Positions 17,200 through 25,663 of a stretch of DNA of 32,000 nt are shown here, in pieces. The stretch is taken from assembly GCA_000733415.1 (NCBI GenBank), contig KL662191.1, positions 1,814,868-1,846,867 of the forward strand, given 5' to 3'. Under the pieces are notes generated by a model. That model did no database searches. It had not been told where the DNA came from and saw only the letters and a program-made list of their open reading frames with translations. Position 1 is the first letter of the stretch, and each line of letters opens with the position of its first letter. The position numbers and the translations under genes are program-made. Source of the stretch: [Leptolyngbya] sp. JSC-1. GTDB lineage: Bacteria; Cyanobacteriota; Cyanobacteriia; Elainellales; Elainellaceae.

Positions 17200-17793
17200 A
17201 TGCCCAAAATCGTTGACCACGAACAATACCGTAAAGACCTGATTGCCAAATCCTTTGATTTGTTTGCTGAAAAGGGGTACGCCATTACCATGCGGCAGAT
17301 TGCCCAAGGCTTGGGGGTGTCTACGGGCACGCTGTATCACTATTTCCCCAGTAAGGAAGCGTTGTTTGAGCAGTTGGTGATTCAGCAGGCCAACCAGGAC
17401 CTGTTGCAAGTTGCCGATGAACTCAAGCAAGCCAACACCTTGACCGAACGGATTGAAGCCGCGTTTCTCTACCTGGAGAAGAACCAGGACTACTTCTTTA
17501 AGCAAATGATGATCTGGATGGATTTCAGTCAGCACCAAAATCGCGAAGGCAAAGAATGTAGTGAAGTGCTGCGACAGGTAGAGGAAAACATCTATGCCGC
17601 CATTGTTGACCTGCTAGGAATTGACGATCCCGATCTGCTGCATTTCATTTGTGCCCTGGTCGATGGGCTGATTATTGGTCAAATCTACGGCACTCCAACT
17701 TCAATTTCTCGCCAGGGCAAGCTTTTAGCCAAGATGGTGACGGCTTATTTGAAAGAAGACAGGAGACAGGAGTTAGAGGACAGTAACCATTGA
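17200..17793 (+). CDS. TetR/AcrR family transcriptional regulator
   Basis: ORF track, 197 aa. The N-terminal HTH is FAEKGYAITMRQIAQGLGVSTGTLYHYFPSKEALF. Confidence 0.9.
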   Translation: MPKIVDHEQYRKDLIAKSFDLFAEKGYAITMRQIAQGLGVSTGTLYHYFPSKEALFEQLVIQQANQDLLQVADELKQANTLTERIEAAFLYLEKNQDYFFKQMMIWMDFSQHQNREGKECSEVLRQVEENIYAAIVDLLGIDDPDLLHFICALVDGLIIGQIYGTPTSISRQGKLLAKMVTAYLKEDRRQELEDSNH

Positions 17794-17799
17794 TTTTTT

Positions 17800-17848
17800 G
17801 ACCACGAATGACCAATGACTCAATGATTAATGACCAATAACCAATAAC
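17800..17848. repeat. Heptamer tandem array (AATGACC-like, STRR-type)
   Basis: Read directly: gaccacg aatgacc aatgact caatgat taatgac caataac caataac. TGACCAA is the reverse complement of the TTGGTCA class of STRR heptamers known from filamentous cyanobacteria (from memory). Confidence 0.6.
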
Positions 17849-18054
17849 AGCCACAGCTTTCATTCTTGTTATCTCTGTGGCTTGCCACTCGAAACGACCT
17901 GCATAAGTACGAGTCGAGGAATCACTAATGATGAACAAACTCACCCAAACAGCCCAACCTATCCGGGAGCCTTAGCAGTTTTGCCGTAAAACCTGAGGAG
18001 AAACCCTAGCTGAGGCTGGGTTCTGATATTACTCTTCTCCTTAAATCGACGGTT

Positions 18055-18342
18055 ATGAAATCACAATGGCAACGCTACCGGGAACTGGAATTGATCTCCG
18101 GTCCGCTCCTGCAACTCCAGCAAGCCCCCTCCGGTTCTGCCCCTCGCTCTTGGCTACAAAACCTCTGGACTGCGATTGATCTGGCCCTGTTCCGCAACCT
18201 AGAGGCGCGCGTCTGGCAAAGTGCCGACCCAAAAACCGGCCAAGTTCGCTGGCATCTGTACAATCCTGAAACCGGCAAAACTCAGCATCTCAACTCGGAT
18301 GCAGAAGTGCGCCACTGGCTAGAGCAGATATTTCGTGATTAA
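18055..18342 (+). CDS. Small hypothetical protein (95 aa) upstream of devB
   Basis: ORF track. It lies on the same strand as devB, which starts about 20 nt downstream. No family recognised. Confidence 0.45.
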   Translation: MKSQWQRYRELELISGPLLQLQQAPSGSAPRSWLQNLWTAIDLALFRNLEARVWQSADPKTGQVRWHLYNPETGKTQHLNSDAEVRHWLEQIFRD

Positions 18343-18360
18343 CTCCAACCTACAAAACCT

Positions 18361-19674
18361 TTGCTTATGAGCCTGCAAAGTCTACCCAAACGCTCGTGGA
18401 TAATTGGCCTCTCGATTGCCGCAACGGTACTCACGGGCGGCCTGTTGCTGATGACCTTCTCCCAGTTCAGTGCCCAAACCCCGACAGAATCGGTTCCGAC
18501 TGCACCCAGCCCTCGTAAAGTGGGAGCCTTGGGGCGGCTAGAGCCAGAAGCCAAGGTGATTAAACTCTCTGCCCCAATAGCCCTCGATGGCGATCGGGTG
18601 GCGCAGCTCCTGGTCAACGAAGGCGACCGAGTTACCGCCGGACAGGTGATTGCGATTCTCGATTCTCGGGATCGGTTAGCGGATGCCCTACGGCAGGCCG
18701 AGCAGCAAGTGGCTGTGGCCCAAGCCAGATTGGCTCAAGTTCAGGCCGGAGCTAAAACCGGAGAAATCCAGGCTCAGCAAGCCACGATTGGCCGCCTCCA
18801 GGCTGAATTGACTGGCACCCAAGCCACCCAGACCGCCGAAATTGCCCGCTGGCAAGCTGAAGTCCGCACCGCTCAAGCCGAATTCGACCGCTTTCGTCAG
18901 TTGTTTGAACAGGGGGCCATCGCTGCCTCTGACCTAGACAGCAAACGCTTAGCGCTCGAAACTGCCCAGGCCCAGCTCAATCAGGCCCAAGCTGAGCAAA
19001 CCCGCACCCGCGAGTCGCTGCAAGCCGAGATCCGCCAAGCCCAGGCCACCCTGGACCAAATCGCCGAAGTGCGCCCGGTTGATGTACAGGCGGCCCAAAC
19101 CGAGGTGAAGGAAGCAATTGCGGCAGCAGCACGAGCCAAAACCGACCTGGAGCAAGCCTATATTCGTGCTCCAATCGATGCTCAGATTCTCAAAATCCAG
19201 GCGCGGGCGGGCGAAAAAATCGGAGATGCCGGGATTGTGGAACTGGCCCAAACCAATCAAATGGTGGCGGTGGCCGAAGTCTACCAGTCGGATATTGGCA
19301 AGGTGCAAATCGGTCAGCCGGCAGTGGTGACTGGTTCTAGCTTCGCAGGTGAGCTGCGGGGTACCGTCTCCCAGATTGGCCTGCAGGTGTCGCGGCAAAA
19401 TGTATTCAGCAACGAACCGGGCGAGAATCTGGATCGGCGGGTGGTGGAAGTTAAGATTCGCCTCAACCCAACCGATAGCCAAAAAGTAGCGGGTTTGACG
19501 AATCTACAAGTGCACACCGAAATTCTGGTTGGTCAACCCGAAATTGACCAGCCAGGACCCATCCCATCCCCGAAGGCCGATGCCGCACTCCAACTTCAGG
19601 TAGCCCAATCCCATTCCGCTTGTTCAACCTTAAAGATAACGAACGCTCGATTTAAGCTAAATCGAATTTGCTGA
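18361..19674 (+). CDS. devB: ABC exporter membrane fusion protein, DevB/HlyD family
   Basis: ORF track, 437 aa with a TTG start at 18361 or an ATG at 18367. It has an N-terminal TM anchor. GALGRLEPEAKVIKLSAP is followed by a long coiled coil rich in AQ and by the beta-barrel segment YIRAPIDAQILKIQARAGEKI. It sits in a gene cluster with devC and devA. Confidence 0.85.
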   Translation: MLMSLQSLPKRSWIIGLSIAATVLTGGLLLMTFSQFSAQTPTESVPTAPSPRKVGALGRLEPEAKVIKLSAPIALDGDRVAQLLVNEGDRVTAGQVIAILDSRDRLADALRQAEQQVAVAQARLAQVQAGAKTGEIQAQQATIGRLQAELTGTQATQTAEIARWQAEVRTAQAEFDRFRQLFEQGAIAASDLDSKRLALETAQAQLNQAQAEQTRTRESLQAEIRQAQATLDQIAEVRPVDVQAAQTEVKEAIAAAARAKTDLEQAYIRAPIDAQILKIQARAGEKIGDAGIVELAQTNQMVAVAEVYQSDIGKVQIGQPAVVTGSSFAGELRGTVSQIGLQVSRQNVFSNEPGENLDRRVVEVKIRLNPTDSQKVAGLTNLQVHTEILVGQPEIDQPGPIPSPKADAALQLQVAQSHSACSTLKITNARFKLNRIC

Positions 19675-19709
19675 TTTTTTCCATAACGAACGATTGATAT
19701 CCAGAGGTT

Positions 19710-20057
19710 ATGATGCTGCAACCGATCTATTTTCTGCTTTGCATTGTGGGCACAGTTCTGCCCTATTCGCAGGTTGGTTCGTTTCTGCTGCAAAACGGGT
19801 TGAATCTACCGCTCTTCGTCGAACAACTTTTTGCCACTCCAATCTCTAGCGCCTTTGGTCTCGATGTGGTGATTTCTGCCATCGTGCTGCTGATTTTTAT
19901 CGTTGCCGAAGGTACCCGCCTCGGTATGAAACGCCTGTGGATCTACATTGCCAGCACCTTCTTGATTGGTGTCTCGCTTGGTCTTCCTCTGTTTTTACTG
20001 ATGCGCCAACGTCAACTAGAGGCCACTGCCAACCCGACTAAATTGAACCCCCTTTGA
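19710..20057 (+). CDS. DUF2834-like small integral membrane protein
   Basis: ORF track, 115 aa, with 3-4 TM segments. PIYFLLCIVGTVLPYSQVGSFLLQNGLNLPLFVEQLFA...GVSLGLPLFLLMR resembles DUF2834 proteins as I remember them. Confidence 0.65.
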   Translation: MMLQPIYFLLCIVGTVLPYSQVGSFLLQNGLNLPLFVEQLFATPISSAFGLDVVISAIVLLIFIVAEGTRLGMKRLWIYIASTFLIGVSLGLPLFLLMRQRQLEATANPTKLNPL

Positions 20058-20354
20058 ATTCATCCACAGCGCCTATGCGGTCAAGTCCCATGCGATCAAT
20101 CGGTCCTTTGGTCTGGTTCCGCCTTTGTCGCCTCAAAATCTTTCCCTGGGTCAACTTTGCCATTGCCAGTTGGCACCTGATCCGCACCTGCGGCAGCCCC
20201 TCCGAAGCTACCCGCTTCGCCATCGCTCTCGCCAAACTCGATCACCTAGGACTCATTTCCCTGCTCAACGACTGCCTCTGGTAACGCCCCAACTCAAAAC
20301 TACGCGCTCTGCGCAGGCTACGCCACCAAAACTCAACACTCAAAACTGACCAAA

Positions 20355-21506
20355 ATGTTGCGTAAAACTCCCGTCGCTTGGCTCCAGTTAATGAAAGAGA
20401 AGACCCGTCTGCTGGTTGCAATTGCCGGCATTGGGTTTGCCGATATGCTGATGTTCGTTCAGCTTGGCTTTCTCGATTCGCTCTACGATAGCGCCACGTT
20501 GCCCCACCGGGCACTGCAAGCCGATTTGGTGATCACCAACCCCCAGTTCAAAAGCCTAACTTCGGTGCAGAGTTTTTCCAGAGAGCGGCTGTATCAGGCT
20601 CAAAGTGATGACGATGTGGCCTCGGTCAGTTCGATTTACATTGGCATGGGCGATTGGAAAAATCCCGAAACCAGACTTAAGCGCTCGATTCTGGTTTGGG
20701 GCGTGGAACCAACCTTGCCCAGCTTTGACCTGCCAGGATTAGCTGAGCGCACGGATAGCTTAAAGCAATTGAATCAGGTGTTGTTCGATCAGGCGGGTCG
20801 TCCAGAGTATGGACCGATTCCGGCTCTGTTGCAGCAAGGGCAGGATGATGCCGAACTAAACCGCCAGACTGTGCAAGTAGCCGGACTGTTCACGATGGGG
20901 TCGTCGTTTGTAGCAGATGGCAACATCATTACCAGCGACTCTACATTCCTCAAGCTTTACCAGGATCGCCGCTCAGACCAGGTAGACATTGGCCTGATTC
21001 AACTCAAACCTGGTGTTGATCTTCAGCAGGTGCAAGCTCGCCTCGCTGCTGCTTTGCCGCCAGACGTGCGCGTCTTGACGGTGGAGGAATTCGCTGCCGT
21101 TGAAAAATACTATTGGGAGAGCCAGGGTACAATCGGGTTTATTTTTGGGATTGGCGTTGTGGTCGGTTTTATCGTCGGTACGGTGATTGTTTATCAGATT
21201 CTCTACACAGATGTTGCCAATCATTTACCCGAATACGCCACGCTGAAGGCAATGGGCTACAACGACCGCTATCTGCTGACGATGCTGCTGCAAGAGGCGC
21301 TGCTGCTAGCCGCCTTTGGCTATATTCCTGGTTTCGCGGTTGCTGTGGGGCTATATCACCTCACTCATGCCATGACGCTTTTACCAATTGGAATGACCAT
21401 GAGCCGCGCCGTTATTGTTTTTATTCTTACATTAATTATGTGTAGCGTATCCGGAGCCGTTGCATCTCAAAAACTACGCTCAGCCGATCCGGCAGATATT
21501 TTCTAA
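20355..21506 (+). CDS. devC: ABC exporter permease, DevC family (FtsX-like)
   Basis: ORF track, 383 aa. The N-terminus MLRKTPVAWLQLMKEKTRLLVAIAGIGFADMLMFVQLGF closely parallels Anabaena DevC as I remember it. The C-terminal region is an FtsX-type 3-TM bundle. Confidence 0.9.
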   Translation: MLRKTPVAWLQLMKEKTRLLVAIAGIGFADMLMFVQLGFLDSLYDSATLPHRALQADLVITNPQFKSLTSVQSFSRERLYQAQSDDDVASVSSIYIGMGDWKNPETRLKRSILVWGVEPTLPSFDLPGLAERTDSLKQLNQVLFDQAGRPEYGPIPALLQQGQDDAELNRQTVQVAGLFTMGSSFVADGNIITSDSTFLKLYQDRRSDQVDIGLIQLKPGVDLQQVQARLAAALPPDVRVLTVEEFAAVEKYYWESQGTIGFIFGIGVVVGFIVGTVIVYQILYTDVANHLPEYATLKAMGYNDRYLLTMLLQEALLLAAFGYIPGFAVAVGLYHLTHAMTLLPIGMTMSRAVIVFILTLIMCSVSGAVASQKLRSADPADIF

Positions 21507-21562
21507 CAAACTTGATTAACTGCAATCGTCAACTAACGTCACTCAATAGATAATAAATCGTT

Positions 21563-22285
21563 ATGCAATTTCATCCTACGTCTGTTGCCGAATCCATCGT
21601 TACTGTGTCGGCTCCTGCTATCGTTGCCCATAAACTCAATCATTATTTTGGCACAGGTTCACTGCGTAAACAGGCATTATTTGAGATCAACCTCACTATT
21701 GCTGCCGGTGAAATCGTGATCATGACTGGACCGTCCGGATCGGGTAAAACGACGCTGCTGACGCTCATGGGTGGCCTCCGCTCGGCTCAGGAAGGCAGTC
21801 TCAAAATCTTGGGACAGGAGATTTGTGGAGCTACCAAACACCAGTTAACACAGCTCCGCAAGCAAATCGGCTATATTTTCCAGGCCCATAACCTGATGAG
21901 CTTCCTCACCGCTAAGCAAAATGTTCGCATGTCGCTGGAATTACACGACGAATACAACAGCACTGACCTGGATGCCAAAGCAACCGCCATGCTCGAAGCT
22001 GTGGGGCTGGGCCATCGGGTGGATTACTATCCCGAAAACCTTTCCGGCGGCCAAAAACAACGGGTCGCGATTGCCCGTGCCCTGATCAGTCATCCCAAAA
22101 TTGTTTTAGCGGATGAACCCACCGCAGCTCTGGATAAACAGTCCGGTCGGGAGGTGGTAGAGCTAATGCAGAACCTGGCCAAGGAACAGGGCTGCACCAT
22201 TCTGCTCGTCACCCACGACAACCGGATTCTCGACATCGCCGACCGGATTGTTTACATGGAAGATGGCCGTTTGGTAGAAGGTTGA
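21563..22285 (+). CDS. devA: ABC exporter ATP-binding subunit, DevA family
   Basis: ORF track, 240 aa. Motifs are Walker A GPSGSGKTT, signature LSGGQKQRVAIARAL, Walker B VLADEPTAALD and the H-loop VTHD. Confidence 0.9.
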   Translation: MQFHPTSVAESIVTVSAPAIVAHKLNHYFGTGSLRKQALFEINLTIAAGEIVIMTGPSGSGKTTLLTLMGGLRSAQEGSLKILGQEICGATKHQLTQLRKQIGYIFQAHNLMSFLTAKQNVRMSLELHDEYNSTDLDAKATAMLEAVGLGHRVDYYPENLSGGQKQRVAIARALISHPKIVLADEPTAALDKQSGREVVELMQNLAKEQGCTILLVTHDNRILDIADRIVYMEDGRLVEG

Positions 22286-22361
22286 GTTCGGTTGTGCCAA
22301 GCAGTTTTGCTGAACCTAGACCAGCGCTAAAATACAGCTATCGTTTAGAGGAACTGAATCT

Positions 22362-23027
22362 ATGCCTTCCTCGTTGCCCCAGTTGCCTCATAATGTCCTC
22401 GCGCCTCTGCAATGGCAATCAGCTACGTGGGAGGATTATTTGGCATACCGCGATCGACCGACCGATCAACGAATGCGGCTCTACTTCAACGGTCAAGCGC
22501 TTTTAGTCGATATGGGTAGCGAAGGAATCGATCATGCCAGCACCAGCGATCTGTTTTTGCTGCTGATCTACGTTTGGGTGAATCACCATCAGCCTAACTT
22601 AGCGGTCGGTTCCTTTGGCCGCTGTTTGCTAGAAAAACTGGGCTACCGAGCGGCTTCACCGGATTTGGTGCTGTATTTAGGTGACAGCATCCCACGACGC
22701 GAAGCTGGAGACCTGCGGCGAATTGATCTAAACGTTTGGCCTGTACCTGACTTGGTGGGTGAAATCGCTGATACCTCGCTAGCAAGTGACCTCGACGAAA
22801 AGAAGAAGCTCTACGCCGATCTACAAATTCCAGAATATTGGGTGATCGACGTGCAGGGAAACCGGGTGTTGGCGTTTCGGTTGCAGCCAGAAGGAGTGTA
22901 TTGTCAGTTGATTCAGTCAGTAACCTTGCCTGGATTGTCAATTCACCTCTTGGAACAGGCACTAGAGCGTTTAGGTGAAGAGCCGAATTTTGCCGTTGCT
23001 AACTGGTTTGGGCAGCAAATTCAATAA
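22362..23027 (+). CDS. Uma2 family (DUF820) putative PD-(D/E)xK endonuclease
   Basis: ORF track, 221 aa. ...ATWEDYLAYRD...RLYFNGQALLVDMGSEGIDHA...PDLVGEIADTSLASDLDEKKKLYADLQIPEYWVIDVQGNRVLAFRL fits the Uma2 pattern (D...E-I/V core, then Y...G-I-x-EYW). Confidence 0.85.
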   Translation: MPSSLPQLPHNVLAPLQWQSATWEDYLAYRDRPTDQRMRLYFNGQALLVDMGSEGIDHASTSDLFLLLIYVWVNHHQPNLAVGSFGRCLLEKLGYRAASPDLVLYLGDSIPRREAGDLRRIDLNVWPVPDLVGEIADTSLASDLDEKKKLYADLQIPEYWVIDVQGNRVLAFRLQPEGVYCQLIQSVTLPGLSIHLLEQALERLGEEPNFAVANWFGQQIQ

Positions 23028-23067
23028 CTTTCTGAATGCAGAAGGTTAGAATCTGGGAAGCCTCTGC

Positions 23068-25419
23068 ATGCTCCGTGAAATGGTTGCTCCCTATATTGTT
23101 CGTCCGGTTGCTGAAGATTTTTTGATTACGCTTGGCCATGCCTTGAAAGCGTCCGCTGAGTCGCCGCTGGTGTTTCATGCTTGGGGTGTGGGGGGCGTGG
23201 GTAAATCAACGCTGCTGAAGAAAGCCGGAGAAGCAAATCCGCAGTGGGCAACAGCAACCGTCTCCTTTGGAATGACAGAAGGGATTGACGAGCCAATTGG
23301 TTTAATGCAGACGCTGCACGCACAGTTGCGCCAAATTTTGACCTCAGCTTCTGCAAAGCCCGATCCATTTAGCGAACGTTATCAGCAGTATTTCGACACG
23401 ATTCACCAGCTAAAGACCGAATCGGAGGATGGCAAGGGAGCCGCGACGCCAGAGCAAATTGAGTTAGTCAAAAAAGGCGTGGGTTGGGCAGCCAAAGGAG
23501 CTGGAGAGTTTTTCCTGCCGAGCATTGCTGCGGAAACGCTGGGCAAACTTGGCGAGGCAACGGTAGAGGGAGCAAGACTAGCGCTCTCGGAGAAGGATCG
23601 GCTGGTGGATTTGGTGCAGCGCCATCGGGCTACGAAGGACAAGCGCGAGTTGCAGGAGTTGATTTTGCAGCCCGTGCCCAAACTAACGGCAGCATTGGTA
23701 GCAAGCTTAATGCTATGGGGAAAACAGCGGCCTATCTTACTGCTGCTCGACACCTACGAAAAAGCGCCTGTTGATATTGATAACTGGCTGTGGCGTTTGC
23801 TGTTGGGCAATCATCCAGAGTTGCGAACCGTGCCGGTGCGGGTGTTGGTGATGGGGCGTCACTGCATTTTGAATAGTGAAGGCTGGCGTAAGCTGCAACA
23901 AGATCGGGCGATTGTGCATGAACGTGCGTTGGAACAATTTGACTCAGCTCAAACGCAGGACTATCTACAGCGAATTGGCATCACCGATCCGGTTAAGATG
24001 CAGCAAATCTGGCAGGTGACGAAGGGGTTGCCCTATTACCTCAACTGGATTCGGGAGCAAAAGGAAAAACGGCGCGAGCTAAACTTTGCGGAGGGCAATC
24101 AGGAAATTGCGAAACTGTTGCTGCAAGGGTTAGACCAAACGCGCCAAAAGGTAATTCAGCTTGCCGCCTGCTGTCGCTGGTTTGACCGATCGCTGCTGGA
24201 ATTTTTGGCTCAGCAGTATGGGTTGGCGATTGAGTTTGACTGGCTGGTGCAGCAGAGCTTTGTGGAGATGATTGGACATCGCTATCGATTGGATGATGTG
24301 GCGCGAGATGTGTTTCGGCAGGCATTTTGGCAGAGCGATCGGGCAGGATTTGAGCGGATATTTGATTTATTGATGCGCTATTTCAAGAGTCTTTCCGATC
24401 GAGAAGTGCCGTCGAATGTCGCTCCGCCTGATCGATACGAAAACCCCGACTGGCGCGACCTGCGAACCGAATACCTCTACTATTTGCTGTTTACTCGCCA
24501 ACAAAATCTCCAGTTAACTTGGCTAACGCATTTGCTGGAAGCCCGCTACTTCAATCAAGATGAGCTGGTGCAGGTGCCATTGCAAAGCTTGGACTCGGAA
24601 GCAGATCTGGCAAACCATCCCTATCTCAGCTACCCGACTCGTCAGTTTTTACAGCAGTTGCGTCCGGCAATTGAGCACGGCTGGGCAGTGCTGGAGCAAG
24701 ACCCAATCGATTATCCCTATAACCAGGAGAAACATGGCCTATCGCGTGCAGCAACCCACAAAGCGATCGACCTCTGTTTAGGGCAAATCGAGCAGATGAC
24801 AGGCTTAGCTAAATTTGCGGCGTTGTTCTACAGATCGAAGCGCTGTCCCGAAGCTCAAAGGTTAGAGTGGTTGCAAAAAGCCAAAGCACAAGCGGAACAA
24901 ATCGCTACTGCCACCCATCCCGACTTTAGCAGCGGCTTGTTTCTGTGGAAAATTGGCAATGCGCTATCAGACTTAGGCCGCGAAGAAGAGGCGATTTCCA
25001 GCTATGACCAAGCGATTGCGATTAAACCGGACAAATACAACGCTTGGAACAACCGAGGTGATGTCTTACAAGCGCTAGGACGCAACGACGAAGCGCTCGA
25101 CAGCTACGATCGAGCCATTGCAATCAATCCCGACTATCGCTTTCCTCACAAAGGTCGGGGCACGGTGCTGATGCAGTTAGGTCGCTATGACGAAGCCCTG
25201 GCTAGTTATGATCGCGCCATTGCCCTCAAACCCGGTGACGCAGAAGCCCATTACGACAAAGCCCGCTGTCTGGCTCTTCAGGGCAACATTGCCGCCACCG
25301 TTGAAACCCTGCAACAGGCGATTGCCCTCAACCCCGACTACCGCGACCTGGCCCAAATGGAAGCTGACTTTGACCGAATACGGAGCGAAGAGCGGTTTCA
25401 GGCGCTGATCGATGCGTAA
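23068..25419 (+). CDS. STAND-type P-loop NTPase (NB-ARC-like) with C-terminal TPR repeats and no N-terminal effector domain
   Basis: ORF track, 783 aa. Walker A HAWGVGGVGKSTLL begins about residue 38. Walker B is ILLLLDTYE, followed by VRVLVMGR, then LEQFDSAQTQDYL and TKGLPYYLNWI (GxP-like). About five TPRs fill the last 175 aa or so (AISSYDQAIAIKPD..., ALDSYDRAIAINPD..., ALASYDRAIALKPG..., LQQAIALNPD...). Confidence 0.85.
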   Translation: MLREMVAPYIVRPVAEDFLITLGHALKASAESPLVFHAWGVGGVGKSTLLKKAGEANPQWATATVSFGMTEGIDEPIGLMQTLHAQLRQILTSASAKPDPFSERYQQYFDTIHQLKTESEDGKGAATPEQIELVKKGVGWAAKGAGEFFLPSIAAETLGKLGEATVEGARLALSEKDRLVDLVQRHRATKDKRELQELILQPVPKLTAALVASLMLWGKQRPILLLLDTYEKAPVDIDNWLWRLLLGNHPELRTVPVRVLVMGRHCILNSEGWRKLQQDRAIVHERALEQFDSAQTQDYLQRIGITDPVKMQQIWQVTKGLPYYLNWIREQKEKRRELNFAEGNQEIAKLLLQGLDQTRQKVIQLAACCRWFDRSLLEFLAQQYGLAIEFDWLVQQSFVEMIGHRYRLDDVARDVFRQAFWQSDRAGFERIFDLLMRYFKSLSDREVPSNVAPPDRYENPDWRDLRTEYLYYLLFTRQQNLQLTWLTHLLEARYFNQDELVQVPLQSLDSEADLANHPYLSYPTRQFLQQLRPAIEHGWAVLEQDPIDYPYNQEKHGLSRAATHKAIDLCLGQIEQMTGLAKFAALFYRSKRCPEAQRLEWLQKAKAQAEQIATATHPDFSSGLFLWKIGNALSDLGREEEAISSYDQAIAIKPDKYNAWNNRGDVLQALGRNDEALDSYDRAIAINPDYRFPHKGRGTVLMQLGRYDEALASYDRAIALKPGDAEAHYDKARCLALQGNIAATVETLQQAIALNPDYRDLAQMEADFDRIRSEERFQALIDA
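25326..25404 (+). repeat. 79-bp direct repeat, copy A (3' coding end of the STAND/TPR gene)
   Basis: cctcaaccccgactaccgcgacctGgcccaaatggaagcTgactttgaccgaatacggagcgaagagcggtttcaggcg recurs at 25896-25974 with 2 mismatches. Confidence 0.9.
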
Positions 25420-25435
25420 AGTCCTTTTCCTTCGG

Positions 25436-25663
25436 TTAAGAGGATTGCCCTAAATTTCGTCTTTTATTAATCTCCTTGAGAAGTTCTGCGAAGTTTTCTT
25501 GCTCAGCTTCTTCACTCGAAAATACAGGAGGCAATGTTGCCAAAACGGGTTCAGTTGCCAGTTTATCCATCAGAGCATAAAAAGCTTGCTGATCTTCTCG
25601 ATGCTCTAGCAGATAGGAGATTAAGACTTTGCGGTTCATGCTGTGGAAATCAGGCTGACTCAT
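25436..25663 (-). CDS. Small hypothetical protein (75 aa), second gene of a coupled pair (DUF6887-like from memory)
   Basis: ORF track. Its ATG overlaps the upstream gene's TGA (ATGA at 25660-25663). The N-terminus MSQPDFHSMNRKVLISYLLEHREDQQAFYALMDKL resembles a recurrent small cyanobacterial protein. Confidence 0.65.
   Translation of the reverse strand: MSQPDFHSMNRKVLISYLLEHREDQQAFYALMDKLATEPVLATLPPVFSSEEAEQENFAELLKEINKRRNLGQSS

Noticed and set aside
18949-19482. A 177-aa antisense ORF inside devB. There are similar antisense or alternative-frame ORFs inside the ABC exporter, hemL, the STAND gene and the GGDEF/EAL gene.
   Set aside because: They are embedded in genes that have strong family signatures on the other strand or frame. 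Such shadow ORFs are expected in sequence of this G+C content.
20054-20349. ORFs 20054-20284 (plus), 20125-20349 (plus) and 20038-20235 (minus) in the devB-devC spacer.
   Set aside because: The three ORFs overlap each other and have Arg/Ser/Pro-rich, low-complexity products with no start context. More likely the region is non-coding spacer or a fully decayed gene.
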